Part shown: positions 13,183-25,836 of the stretch, piece after piece
How positions within the stretch are numbered: position 1 is the stretch's first letter
Layout: every line of letters begins with the position of its first letter
Program-made: the position numbers and the translations under genes
Notes under the pieces: model-generated
Told to the model about the DNA's origin: nothing
What the model saw: the letters and a program-made list of their open reading frames with translations, nothing else
Database searches by the model: none
Assembly: GCF_018350175.1 (NCBI RefSeq)
Contig: NC_058368.1
Coordinates: 96,660,001-96,724,000, forward strand
DNA from: Felis catus
Lineage: Eukaryota
Reading direction: 5' to 3'
Length of the DNA stretch: 64,000 nucleotides

Positions 13183-13303
13183 AAAGCATACGAAGCAGGC
13201 TTTGTGCTGCCAGTGGAAAGCCTGATGTGAAGCTTGAACTCAGGAACTGCGAAATCATGACCTGAACCAAAGTTGGACATTCAACTGACTGAGCCACCTG
13301 GGT
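13103..13303 (-). mobile_element. CAN-SINE
   Basis: Perfect TSD ggctgtcatttct 13090-13102 / 13304-13316. Confidence 0.95.
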
Positions 13304-13460
13304 GGCTGTCATTTCTACATGAAAATTTTTTCTTGGAGGTAAACAGTTATTTTGCCATTAAAGAAGCATGAGGTCTACACATGACCCCAGTATTTTTCAG
13401 TTCACCAGACCAGATTTGTTGTATCTCTTTCCTGTGTTTTGAATGTCTGCTATGTTAAGC

Positions 13461-13652
13461 ACTTCATAAACTCTTTAATTATATACCTTTTCTTTGACTA
13501 CATGTGCTTTTACGTTGATAGGGAGAAAAAAGTCATGATAAAGCAATATAAATAGAACTTCATAAACTCTTTAATTATATACCTTTTCTTTGACTACATG
13601 TGCTTTTACGTTGCTAGGGAGAAAAAAGTCATGATAAAGCAATATAAATAGA
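13461..13652. repeat. 96-bp tandem duplication (2 copies, 1 mismatch)
   Basis: acttcataaactc..aataga at 13461-13556 and 13557-13652. Confidence 0.97.
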
Positions 13653-13672
13653 ACAAAAAGAGCCATCCATTT

Positions 13673-14327
13673 TTTTAATTTCAAGTTTTTAGTAGATTCT
13701 TGTTAGTTAATATATAGGGTAAAATTGGTTTTGTGTGTAGAATTTAGTGAGTCATCACTTACATAGAACACCCAGTGGGCATCCCAAAAAGTGCCCTCTT
13801 TAATGCCATCACCTATTTAGTCCACCCCTCTTGCCCACCTCCCTCCATAAACCCTCAGTTTGTTCTCTGTATTTAAGTCTCTTATGGATTGACTCCCTCT
13901 GTGTTTTTTCCTCCAATTTTTCCTTCCCTTCCCCTATGTTGTTCTGTTTGGTTTCTTAAACTTCACATAAGAGTGAAATCATATGGTATTTGTCTTTCTC
14001 TGACTTATTTTGATTAGCTTAATACTCTCTAGCTCCATCCACATCATTGCAAATGGCAAAATTTCATTATTTTTGATTGCTGAGTAATACTCCGTTGTAT
14101 ATATATATACCAGATCTTCTCTATTCATTCATCCATCAATGGCCATTTGGTCTATTTCCGTAATTTGGCTATTGTTGATAATGCTGTCTTAAACATTGGG
14201 GTTCATGTACCCCTTCAAATAAGTATTTGTGTATACTTTGGGTAAACACCTAGTAGTGCAAATGCTGGGTCATAGGGTAGTTCTATTTTGAAGTTTTTGC
14301 AGACCCCCCATATTGTTCTCCAAGAGT
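13673..14327 (-). mobile_element. 5'-truncated carnivore L1 (ORF2 end plus 3'UTR)
   Basis: gagtgaaatcatatggtatttgtctttctctgac and aatgctgggtcatagggtagttctatttt L1 motifs; TSD aagagccatccattt 13658-13672 / aagagtcatccattt 14328-14342. Confidence 0.92.
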
Positions 14328-14572
14328 AAGAGTCATCCATTTCTACCTTCACAGGTAATAGTTATTCAGAAAGTAACAGGGCAAAACATGAAGTGAAAAT
14401 ACCATTAAGGTCTAATGTAAAATTTTTGCTAGATTCTACTCACTGATTTAATGGTAAGATATACCATATTATTAATGCAGAAAGAGCTCCCAAGGGAAGT
14501 ATCCCTGAAACCCAGTAAAGGATGTGGCTTTACCAGCCTTCTGAACCATCAGCACAAAGTCTCCACTGTTGT

Positions 14573-14710
14573 GGTTTTTTTTTTTTTTTTGTTTGGTTGG
14601 TTGGTTTTGGATTTTTTGTTTTGTTTTTTAATATGAAATTTATTGTCAAATTGGTTTCCATACAACAGCCAGTGCTCATCCCAACACATGCCCTCCTCAA
14701 TTCCCATCAC
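14573..14710 (-). mobile_element. Very short L1_Fc-type 3' end with long degenerate poly(A)
   Basis: atatgaaatttattgtcaaattggtttccatacaaca matches the recalled feline L1 terminus; TSD tctccactgttgt / tttccattgttgt. Confidence 0.85.
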
Positions 14711-15473
14711 TTTCCATTGTTGTTAAGGTGAAAAACCTTTCAAATTTCATAGCATTTCTATCCCTCCCCCCCCCCCCAAATGTAATCATCTAGAAACTTG
14801 GAGTTAGGAAAGATGTACCAATTTTCAAGTTTAATAATTCTGAAAACACAATCATGAGCTTCAGCTCTGCTGGTAGCAATATGAAAAACTGTTGTAATAA
14901 TTTGAGTTTTTCCCCTCATATGTTTTTGCTTTGTTTAGACAAATGTAGAACCAAAATGATAAATTAAAAGAGCAAACTAGAAAACAGATTTTTAAAACTC
15001 ATTTTATAGAAAATATATTTCTTTTATATTCATACAGAAGAAAGATATCCTAAGAAATTGACATCGCCTTTATGCTAGATATAGATATTCTTCAGAAATT
15101 GTCATATTATCTTGGGATTTAAACTTTCTGCTTAGTATCAAATGAATGAATTATTGATATCACCTAGCAACTGCATTTCCTTTTATCCTGCTTAGCATTT
15201 GTCAGTGTAAAAGACCAAACTTAGTTCATCATCACAGGGAAAATTTGTTAAAATTTATTCATTAGAAGGGTACTAATTTAGGGCCAACTATTTGGATTTG
15301 TTTTACTAAATTGATAACCTAGTTAATCCCATCACTAAGCGATAATACTGGATTACACACGTATTTATTCATTTTTAATATTTAAATTATATTAGTTGAG
15401 TCTTAATATGCGCACATATTGACAATTCCCGACAAGGTGAATGGTAAAAATTATTTAAAGTAATGGATAATTT

Positions 15474-15624
15474 GAGGTGTCTGGGTGGTTCACTGGGTTA
15501 GGTGTCTGACTGCTTGTTTCAGCTTGGGTCATGATCTCACAGTTCATGAGATGGAGACCCACATTGAGCTCTGTGCTGACAGTGCAGAACCTGCTTGGTA
15601 TTCCTTCTCCCTCTCCCTCTCCTC

Positions 15625-15666
<42 letters not shown>

Positions 15667-15696
15667 CCACTCTCTCAAAATAAACATTAAAATTTG
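15474..15696 (+). mobile_element. CAN-SINE
   Basis: Perfect 19-bp flanking repeat ttaaagtaatggataattt 15455-15473 / 15697-15715. Confidence 0.95.
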
Positions 15697-17209
15697 TTAA
15701 AGTAATGGATAATTTTTAAGACCAGCAATATAAAACAACGTCCTTTTTCCATAACTATTGTTTCTAGTTTATCATTTTAGATATGAAATATCTGTATTCT
15801 TAATACTTACACACACACACACAAACACTCACAAACAGAATGGCAAAGTTCTGAGGGAGATATTAAAACAACTATGCCGCACGCAAGCTTTGACAGAACA
15901 ACACTGACTTGATAGGGCAGGAGATTTAATCTTTAAGGAAGCAATACTCTGTTACAAGTTTAAGCACAGATCTGTCTTACAAATAGAAAAACTTTAAAAT
16001 TTCATAAAATAGAGGAACTGAAAAGTGGGTCAGTTGTCAGTAATGTATTAATTTTTCAACACAGGAATTTAATACTCTTACACTCTTTTTTTCAGATTTC
16101 CTTTGAAGTTAATAGCAGCCAAAATGGAATAAGTTTGAATATAGAATCAGCATATTGCATTTGTTAACGCGGAGGATTTGGAGTACAAAAGGAAATTAAT
16201 GAGTCCTTTAAACTAACACAATTTTATGTTGTGCTTTGAACATGTAGTTGCATTGAAAGGCAGCATTTGTGCTCAACTGGTAAAAACAAGAAAGACAGCA
16301 AGTAGCAGGGTTTCTGTAGTTCAAAGAAATTCCACAGGGAGCCTGCTGCAAACCACAAAATCCCTATTCCTCATTACCCATGTCTGGTAGCAAGCCCTAT
16401 TATTTGGGGGAGTGGATTCGCAGGGGTGCACACTGATGCAGGCTCAGAAGAAAGTTAACTTTCTAACTTGTGAAAGAACATCACAATTCTGACATAGGGA
16501 CATGCGTCATATGCCAATGAAATAGTCTAATTATCAGCCATACTGCCATATGTTGTCACCTGTTTTTCCAATAGGGACTGTTTTGCTATTGATACCCTAG
16601 TTGGTTTTTAATAAATTCTATATTGTCTTACAGTATATACCAAACATACCCATTTCTGGCTGTATTAGGATCGCATCTCTTCTCATACTAACGTTTCTTT
16701 TGAATGAGCCAATACATTGTCATATTACAATGGCTTTTGATTTAATTAGGGGGCCAGGTGATGTGACAAATACTGAATGCCTTGAGAGAAGTTGTCACCT
16801 TCCTCGGAATCCCTTATGACATACTATCAAGTATTTTTATGTTGATATTTTATATATTTTTAGGAGAATTACACTTCATAGGAAACATCTTCTCTTGGCC
16901 CAAATCACAAACTAACCCAATCTATTACTGATTCCAGTAGTGTTGATCTCATTTATTGGAACATTCTACTTTGCGGTATTATGTTCAGTTCAGGAAAGTC
17001 ACCATTGGGGTTCACTTCTGAATGTATATATCCCAGGAAGACAGGGAACCAGGAAATCCCTCTGATTGCTTGTTCCTCGTATTTATTTCTTGTACTGACA
17101 TAAATTAGTGATCAGCTATTTCTGGCCAATTTCACATTAAATCAAATAGTCTTTTTTCTCCCACTAGGCATTTGGCTTTATTTGTGGTACATCCAATAAC
17201 ACAGTATAA

Positions 17210-17330
17210 TGAATCTTGGTATCATATGTGAGAATCATCTGGAGAAATGAATACTAATGCCTGGGGCTCCATCTCCAGAGATTCTTATTTTACTGGTATA
17301 GAGCAGGACCCAGCATCACAAAGTTTTAAA
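17210..17330. mobile_element. MER5-like hAT-Charlie relic
   Basis: agaatcatctggag..tgcctggggctccatctccagagattcttattt pattern. Confidence 0.5.
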
Positions 17331-17465
17331 TGGTGAAGGGACTTAATTATACAGTAATGGAAGGTAAGCACACCTTGTAGTGCACACAAATAGTCAATTA
17401 CAGTGTTATACAATTGAAAGTTAGGTCACGTCATATACCAATTTTACCTCAGGAGAAAAAAGAAA
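17331..17465 (+). mobile_element. Carnivore L1 3' terminus
   Basis: ttgtagtgcacacaaatagtcaattacagtgttataca..taccaattttacctca followed by A-rich tail. Confidence 0.6.
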
Positions 17466-17874
17466 CTATTCCCTAGCTGACTAGAAAAAAGATGACCAAA
17501 ATAAAGCTATTGGCTTTAACACTTAACCAATGTAATTTTCTGAGGGAAAAAATGGTTGTTGTGAGAAATTCAAATAATAGAATCTTCCTAAGACTTGTCA
17601 TTGTTAAGTTTCTTTTTGTCAGTATAATTCAAAATTATAACTACCTTACTGGTAGGCACCTTTCAGAACTAAAAAAAAAAAAAAAATAGTGGGAAACACA
17701 AAGTTTTATTCATATTCACTTGTGAATGTATGCTCTTCTCCACCAACTACAGGACCACTCTTTTTTTACACAGGAATGAAAGGAATAAAGAGAGTTTAAA
17801 ATGGTTTTACTGCCTAAAGTAATATCATCAACTGAATTGTTGTCATATCAATTGATCAGATTGATGTAACACTT

Positions 17875-18113
17875 TATTTATCTATTTAATTAAAATTTTA
17901 ATCATATTAATTTTAATATGTTTATTTTTGACAGAGAGCAACAGAGCATGAGCAGGGGACAGGCAGAGAGAGAGAGAGACACAGAATCAGAAGCAGGCTC
18001 CAGGCTTCGAGCTGTCAGCACAGAGCCCGACACAGGGCTTGAACTCAGGGACTGTGAGATCATGACCTGAGCCAAAGTGGGACGCTTAACCAACTGAGCC
18101 ACCCAGGTATACC
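17875..18113 (-). mobile_element. CAN-SINE (SINEC_Fc-like)
   Basis: Reverse-complement full-length element. Confidence 0.95.
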
Positions 18114-19523
18114 TAAAGTAACTTTTTAGGAAGAGAGAGAGATGCAGATTGAAATACTGGTGAAGGTGATGGATGAATCTTGGGTCTCAGCATCCCTAAG
18201 AAAGCTCACATCTGCAGGCTATACCAAAGAGAAAAACACATTTCAAAGAGAATACAGTAAAGACTTTGACTTTGGATACGCAGGAACAAGAAATCTCTCT
18301 GTATATCCTTTCAGAGAGCTCTCAAGTAGTAAAGAATTTATAGATCCATGGAAAAAAAAAAGTAAAAAGCACCCAAGTTAATAGAAGGTGCAGTTCATGT
18401 TGATATCCACTGTAAAAGGGAGATACTTGCTTATAGCTTCTGGAGCTGAGTAATAATAATTTTTATAAGAACAAAAACAGAATGTATAAAGAGGCTACAA
18501 CAAGCCAAAATCTCCATTATTACACCAAATTGTCATACCAACCCTGTTCATCAAAAGGACAAATTGTTTCTGGAAACTCATTGCCCATGCACCAGTGAGC
18601 ACCCCAGGTCAGAGGTGAGTTGAAAATCTACTGAGCTTCAGGTTTACAACTGGTAAGATTGACACCCAGAGCCTTAAGCCATAACTAAAACAGTTTGAGC
18701 TAGTAACCTAGGTATCCCTAGTACTCAAATACCCCCTATTGTAAGCTGCAATAACTTTTCTTTTCTTCCCGTTTTGTCTTGCCTCAATGTTCTCTTTTCT
18801 CCCGAAGAAGAGTAGGGTAGAAGTTGAGGTGCATGCATACTTTGGGTTTCCTTAAGTGATTTTTCTGCAAAAGGCATTACACCTACTTTCTTCTACTCCA
18901 CGGACCTGTTCAGCCATGTCCAAGGCTTGAGCACTTCGTCCAGAAGGGGCAATGGTTCAGGATTGACAGAGTCTACCAACGTACTCTCGCAGGTAAAGGA
19001 GGGCTCTGCAAACACAGCTACCTCAAAGATACCTTAGTTGTCACAGACTCTAAAATAGTATTTAACACTCCACAGGATTCCTTAATTCTTACTAAATCCC
19101 TCAGCTTCTCCTTTAACTCTCCTGTGACAGAAAACGAACTCAGTACATGAGGTGACCTACTCCAGCTTCCAAGAGCTCTAACTATCCAACACTTCTTCAT
19201 TGTTTTGAAGAAAAATCCACCTGGCTTACCTAGAACCAGTGGTACTCATACTTCCTCCTCGGAACCACCCATATAAACCCTGTGTTCACTAATACATAAA
19301 GTCATTTCATGAGCTTCCAGAAGCTTGTTTCCATAGGTCCTCAGCTACTATCTTAATTAAGAGGACCCGACTGAGTGACTCTCCTTCAACAGATCCCTTT
19401 ATGTCATCTTGTCAACTGTGATGCCCAAAACAAATACAGAACACAGTGCGGTGTGGATGACAAGGGTAGAGTCACCGAGACCATAGTCTACACGAGACTT
19501 CTATCAAAAAAAGTTCACTTTTC

Positions 19524-19649
19524 AGGGATCCTGGGTGACTCAGTCAGTTGAGCATCTGATTCTCGATTTCAGCTCAGGTCATGATCTCACAGTTTGTGAT
19601 TTCAAGCCCCATGTTGGACTCTGCCCTGACGGTGTGGATCCTGCTTGGG

Positions 19650-19709
<60 letters not shown>

Positions 19710-19750
19710 CCTCCCCTGCTTGTACTCTCTCTCAAAATAATAAATATTGA
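19524..19750 (+). mobile_element. CAN-SINE with long (CT)n
   Basis: TSD aaaaaaagttcacttttc 19506-19523 / aaaaagagttcacttttc 19751-19768. Confidence 0.95.
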
Positions 19751-22088
19751 AAAAAGAGTTCACTTTTCTTTTTCCAATAATTTTCCACTTAAACACTTTA
19801 CCCATAATCTATTTAAACAGTGGATGTGCCTTTTTATCTTTTTCCTTTCTTTTTGCATCAACATTTGCATTAAAAGTTCCTACAAAAATTGTTTATGATT
19901 TCCTTCTGGCCTATACTTTTTCTCAGTTGGTATTTCTTGCCTCGGCGCCAAGAGAAATTGCAAGACTGGAAGTTTTTTCCCCATAGCAATATGGCCAAAT
20001 CAGTCTAAACCACCCTAAAATGGAGGCAAATCTGATGTCTATTATGGGAGATACGATTTTCTTTCAAACTTTAATTAAACTTTATTCTAAGAATTTTCTG
20101 CAAAGAGCCTTGTGCTAAAATACTGTATGTATATACACATCATAACTTTTTATTATTCTTTCAAATATCACTCAATAAGGATGATATGGTTTAGTAGAAA
20201 AATCCATTTTTGTTGTTTTTAAATTCTCAAATCAATTGTTGGACTTCTAACTGCAAACACCCTGATGGGAAAAGAGACTTTTTTTTCGCACTTTGATTGA
20301 ATACTCTCATCAGAAATGAAATGGGTATTGGTCTCTAAGGAGGAAATTCTGGAATCATACCCGACTGATCTATCTTCCCTGGTGCTTACATCGTAAGGAG
20401 CTAAATGCACCATGGTATTAGAATAAAATGAATTATGCAGGACCTTTGACAGACAGCATGTGTAATTTCTTCTTGAAAAAACTCTTCAAATCATTCTGTT
20501 CCATCTTTGATTATGTGCTAGTTATGCTGAAAATAAGTAACCCTTCAAATGTTTTAAAACACACATACATATGGATTGCATAAAATTAATACCTTTACCT
20601 TTACAAAAATCATTCCAGGAGCACATTTGCCAGTAAAATATATTTAAGGCAGTTTCGGCACTTCCACTAAACTCTATTTTCAGAGGTTTATAATGTGGTC
20701 ATAAAAATTCATTCCAGACGAAAATTCAGCACCAAGGAAAATGTGCTTTACACTTTGTAGATAACTATTTCCTCTTCTTTCATTTCTCCTGACTGATTAA
20801 AAAAGGAGAAAAAAAAAAGTTTCCACTGAGTGTTTTCCAAAGTTGAGACATTAGCCAAACTGGCAGAAATCAAAATCACAACTGACAAGTTAGTCATTTA
20901 CTCATTTATTTGCAACTTTGACCTTTCTACTCCCTCCCTTTTCCTTCCCTCTTGCACAATAATACAAACAGGTTTGAGAATTTTTCACATAAACCTCCAT
21001 GTTGAAAGCCCATACATCAACGACTGCATGGTACCATGCTTCAGAAAGTCCATCTGGGCGCTGTCTGGCTCTGATAGGCATTACAAGGACAAAGGTGCTT
21101 TTACAACGACTCAATCTCAGTCTTGTTAACATGAGCCACTGCTTTATGTAGCCAAGAAATGCAGGAAGGCTCACACTTAGAAAACCATAGATGTTTCTGG
21201 TTCACAGAAGGAAGGCAATCATGTTGCCAGGCTTCTTCGGCTCCTGCATTGGAGCAGGACTAAAACTTTGGCAGGGGCAGGAGCACATGCCTGGAGCTCT
21301 ACCAATTCCGGGATGGAGAAATCTGATGGACCCACTCTTTCCCCCAAAAGCCATGCAGGTCCTCTGATCCTAAGAGTAAAACGAAAGATGTGCATGTGAA
21401 CTCTTTTCTGTGGACTCACTGGTTCTCTTCTAATCTCTAGGCAATCAAAAACTTGACTCTGCTTTCATTTAACTGTCAAGCCCTCTCTACTCCCGATCCC
21501 TGGGAGTGGACTATCTGAGCCTACCTGAGAAATAAACAAATGTGCAATTTTAAAGATTGCTTTGCCATATGACCTTGTGTCATCCTTAGGTCAACTCTAT
21601 GGAGATTTTCCCAGAAAGTGCCTACAGAGAGATGAAGCCTGTAGTGTCAGAAAGAGAAGTATGGGTCTGGTGTCCTGACTACTGAGGCTGGAGCATTTTG
21701 TGGGGAGAAGAAATCATTACCCCTTCTCCATTCCATTGAGGGAGACTAGGACAGCCTCTGGCTTTCTGCAATCCCAGGCTCAAAATACCCAGCAGTGTAC
21801 CCTGGTGATACAAAAGGTTTCTATGACACAACTGCTAGAACTGGGAAGACACTCATGGGAGTAGAGGTTTGCTCCAATGAATCCAGAGACAGAGCAAGAG
21901 AGCAAAAACCAAGATCACTAGCCTAGTATTATTTCTTTGTAGTTACTGTGCCCCGATAAGACTGAGAAAGGAAGGTCCTAACACATTCGAAACGATACAA
22001 TTTTGAAAGATTTACTGAAAAAAAATTCTAGATTAAATGTGATTTTCACATCAGTAAGGTAGTTACTATTTAATCTGTATGTGAAACA

Positions 22089-22314
22089 TGGGGCACTCGG
22101 TTAAGTGTCCAACTCTTGGTTTCAGCTCAGGTCACGATCTGACGGTATTTGTGAGATAGAGCCTCATGTCGGTGTCTACGCTGACGGTGCGGAACCTGCT
22201 TTGCTTTCTCTCTCTCTCTCCCTCTCTCTCTGCCCCTCCCCTGCGCGCGCGCGCGCGCGCACACACACTCTCTCTCTCTCTCTCTCTCTTTCAAAATAAA
22301 TAAACGTTAAAAAA
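22089..22314 (+). mobile_element. CAN-SINE with head deletion and a (GC)9(AC)4 tract
   Basis: TSD aatctgtatgtgaaaca 22072-22088 / aatctgtatgtaaaaca 22315-22331. Confidence 0.92.
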
Positions 22315-24089
22315 AATCTGTATGTAAAACAGCCTGATTATATACTTTCCCCTCCTATGAAGTGTTCTAAATGTGCATGTGAAACTCAAGAAAGTTTACA
22401 GGAGTTTTTCTTCTCATCATTATCTAAAGCCAGACTTTAAAAGACAGACCACTTAGGCAACCATTTCTGGTTTCTACCCATTTTTAAAAGCCCCACTGTT
22501 GTTGTTTTCTCTTTGTTAGTATTTCTACATACTGCCAGTTAAAGTCCTGTTTAAGGGGGAATAAACATACTTGAAAATTTTCTCTTCTTTGTTGAAATTG
22601 GTGGGGAGAACACATTCAAAAGGAGAAATAAAGAACAGATGCATCTCTGTTTTTATTACTACTTAATGTTTTTCTTCCCTTAAAATGCCCATTTTTATGT
22701 AAACAACTTTGCTTTTCAGTTACCTTTCTACTAAACAATGATGTCATTAATTTTCAAATGTCTTTCCTTCTCTCCTTAGGCAGCAAAATCCTGGGCACCA
22801 CTTTCAGCCACATACTAGAAGATAATATTAATTTAAATAATGACAGGAAATTGGTTTTTATAATCTTCTCTGCAGAGTGGAAAACAGAGAGGAAAATCCA
22901 TGCTGCACTGCAGATGTAAGGGAGTGTGACAATACCGGGGCCATTTTACACATGTTTGGATGTTATGGTCAGTTTATGACTGCTGGGTCACTGTTGACAC
23001 CCTGAGGGAACAATATGTACCAAGAATATCCCCTTTCCCCCAACCCAAAGAGAATACATGAAATCTTTCTACTCCTATGTCTGACCAAGTGAAAAACAAG
23101 GAGTCTTGCATAGTTCTCATTGGAAAATGCCCATTTCCATCATGTTTAAATGTTTGGTAAGTTTTCCTTCTGGGCACTAATGGGGATCGCTTTGGTCAAA
23201 GATTGATTTCTCAAGGGCTCTTTCGCTGTCCTCAGACTAATAACATTTCCCTCTGAGCTCTATCAGTTGCAGAGGGATTTCCTCCCAATTACCAAGCAAG
23301 TGCATTATAAATATTTGCTGGATACATTAACAACTATCATGTAAATGTTCCCAATTCCTGTTAGACAACTTGATGGTTATTTTCCACAACCTAACTGTTG
23401 AAATAGTATGCTGAAATAAAAAGCTACCTAGTAAAGGCCAAACTCACCACAGAATGTTAAGAGCTCCCAGGATCTGCCCCTGATCATTCAGTCAGCTTTG
23501 TATCCCACTGATGGTTCCTTTAAAGACTAAGCTCCAGTCAACGAAAGTTACTTTGTTTATTCACGATTTTATATTGATGCATTCTTCTGTCTTGGCCTCT
23601 ACTACCTACTCCTTCTAACTTAACTGAGGTTGTCCTTTGCCCCATCCATCTGGAAGATTCCTACTTCTCTTTGACAATCTGACGTCTGTCCCCTAAAACC
23701 CCCTCCCTCCTTTTAAAACCCTTACTAGGATGTGAAGTCACTTGTTTTCACACCTCTTCACTAGAGGGCTTGTGATTTCTTCTGGATGTTCCCTGAGCCA
23801 GTCACAGTGTTGTTTTAACTACACTCACGGCTGATACTCAAGTACTTAGTAAATGAGGGTTGCATAGATCAGTCAATACACCAACGTGTATGTAGAATCT
23901 TCATTATCTGTAATACTTTGACTAACATTAATGTGTCTTACTACAGAATGAATATTGACCCTTCCAACCAGTGAATTTACTAAGTGATGAGAGAAATGTT
24001 TTTCTCGAACATTTTTTTTCAGTGCAATTTTAATGACACTCCACATAAGATCCAATTTCCATGGATTACACAGTCATATGGTTAATATA

Positions 24090-24230
24090 AATGGCACCAG
24101 CCTAGACATCAGGAGGTAAATTCTGATCCTAGATGGGCCACTGACCACGTGAATTCTTCCGAGTAAGCATCTTGATTTCTATGGACTTCACTTTCCCTAC
24201 CACTTACACTTGAGAAACACAAGATACAAA
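24090..24230 (+). mobile_element. MIR relic
   Basis: ttctgatcctagatgggccactgaccacgtga..ctatggacttcactttccc resembles the MIR core. Confidence 0.5.
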
Positions 24231-25610
24231 TTTTGAAACCCTGTGCCTTTGACATTCAACATATCTGCCTTGGGAAAGCTTCTGTGGATTGCAGGCAGTA
24301 CATGTTCTGTCTGTTCACCCTTAATTGAGTACCGACTATAGTGGAGAAGGGGTTAAGAGATCAGATCCACAAGACTGAAGGAACAGTACCGGCCGGCCTC
24401 ATTTGAGTCTCATAAGCACTCAATTAAGCAGATACAACTATTCCAGCTGCAATATGAGAAAATGCAATCTCAAAGTAGATACGTAACTTGCTCGATCTCA
24501 TGTATCTGATAAGTACAGAGCTGGGACTGATATGTAGATATTTTGAACTACAAGCTTTTCCAACCCAGCTAAGCTGTTTCCATCTCATTGTATCTAAAAA
24601 GGGGGGGAAATACCCAGTAGCAATGCTTTTGTGCACTAGAAATAAATAGAAATACTTCATTACATAAAATGTAACAGAAGTGAAGAAGGTTATCGATTGG
24701 AAAATGGAATAAAATCCTACAATTCTTTCTTTTTCGTAAGGAATTCAACTTGGGGGTGAGCTTCACTTTCCGCTCTTCCAGGGTTGAAGTGCAGTTAATT
24801 CTGTTACAGAATGTTAAAAAAATAAATGAGTGAATGAATGAACGGCGTTGTGGGTTTATTCACTTTTTCCATACTCGAATTATTTTCTACCTTCATAGTC
24901 ACTCTTGGAAATTGGAGCTCCAAGTTTCAAAGTGACTGTACCCACATACACAGAGCAAGAGACTGAGGTAAGTCTTGGATACTGAAACTAAACATGGGGG
25001 CCACATATATTTAGGACAAGGAGGGGGCACCCTGGCTTACGTTATACTCTGGCTGGACACTTAAGATCATAATGGAAGTAAAAAATATTAATAAGATTTG
25101 AACGCACTGTTCTCCTTGCCCATGCAGTCAGGAGCAGGCCACAGAAAGAAACGAAAGCACTAGGCAATTCAAACTGCAGGAAGATAAATAGGAGAGATTT
25201 TTTTTGTTTTGTTTTGTTTTGTAAAGGCACTCAAACCCTGACAAAAAAAAAAAAAAAAAGCAAGTAGGTTTTTGAAAGCTTTTGCTATGCCAAGGAAAAC
25301 CTAATACATCACTATAACTATGAGCAGATAGCAGGAGAGAAGAGAAGAGGTCACCACTATCTATCACCCTTTAGACAAACACGTCCAAGTTGCTACAGGT
25401 AGTGGAGTACATAACATTACGTCTCAGGCTTGCTGAAACACTGCCGCTCCCCACTTAAAGTAAAAACTGGAGGTTTTTTATTATTCCCACTCCTTATCCC
25501 GTCACCTACCTGTCTTCACGTTTTTTAGCCTGGGGAAAAGAACATCATGTTATTTTTTAAGCCGTGAACAAGGAAAACGCTTCGTTTTTAATTTTCTACA
25601 GACTAAAAGA

Positions 25611-25836
25611 TTTTTTTTTATGTTTATTTACTTTTGAGAGAGAGAGAGAGAGACAGGGACAGAGACAGAGAGAGTGCAAGCAGGGGAGGAGAGAGTGAGG
25701 GGACAGATAATCCAAAGCAGGCCCTGTGCTGACAGCAGAGAGCCCAATGAGGGTTTTGAACTCATGAACTGTGAGATTATGACCTGAGTTGAAGTTGGCC
25801 CCTTGGCCACTTATGGACTAAGCAACCCAGGTGCCC
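25611..25836 (-). mobile_element. CAN-SINE
   Basis: TSD ctacagactaaaaga 25596-25610 / 25837-25851. Confidence 0.95.

Noticed and set aside
16402..16440. Patchy resemblance to reverse-complement U1 snRNA (atttgggg..tcgcaggggt..gcaca..tgca)
   Set aside because: Needs several gaps and the flanks do not match U1; likely chance
20219..21174. Unique-sequence ORFs of 64-99 aa
   Set aside because: No recognisable domain or splice context; lengths are compatible with chance
21600..21983. Possible ancient LTR fragment
   Set aside because: Impression from composition only; no diagnostic termini, TSD or consensus match I can support
22876..22915. 40-nt + strand exon-like segment (ttctctgcag|..GAT|gtaagg)
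   Set aside because: Short, frame-shifting, unrecognised peptide and no supporting + strand exon chain
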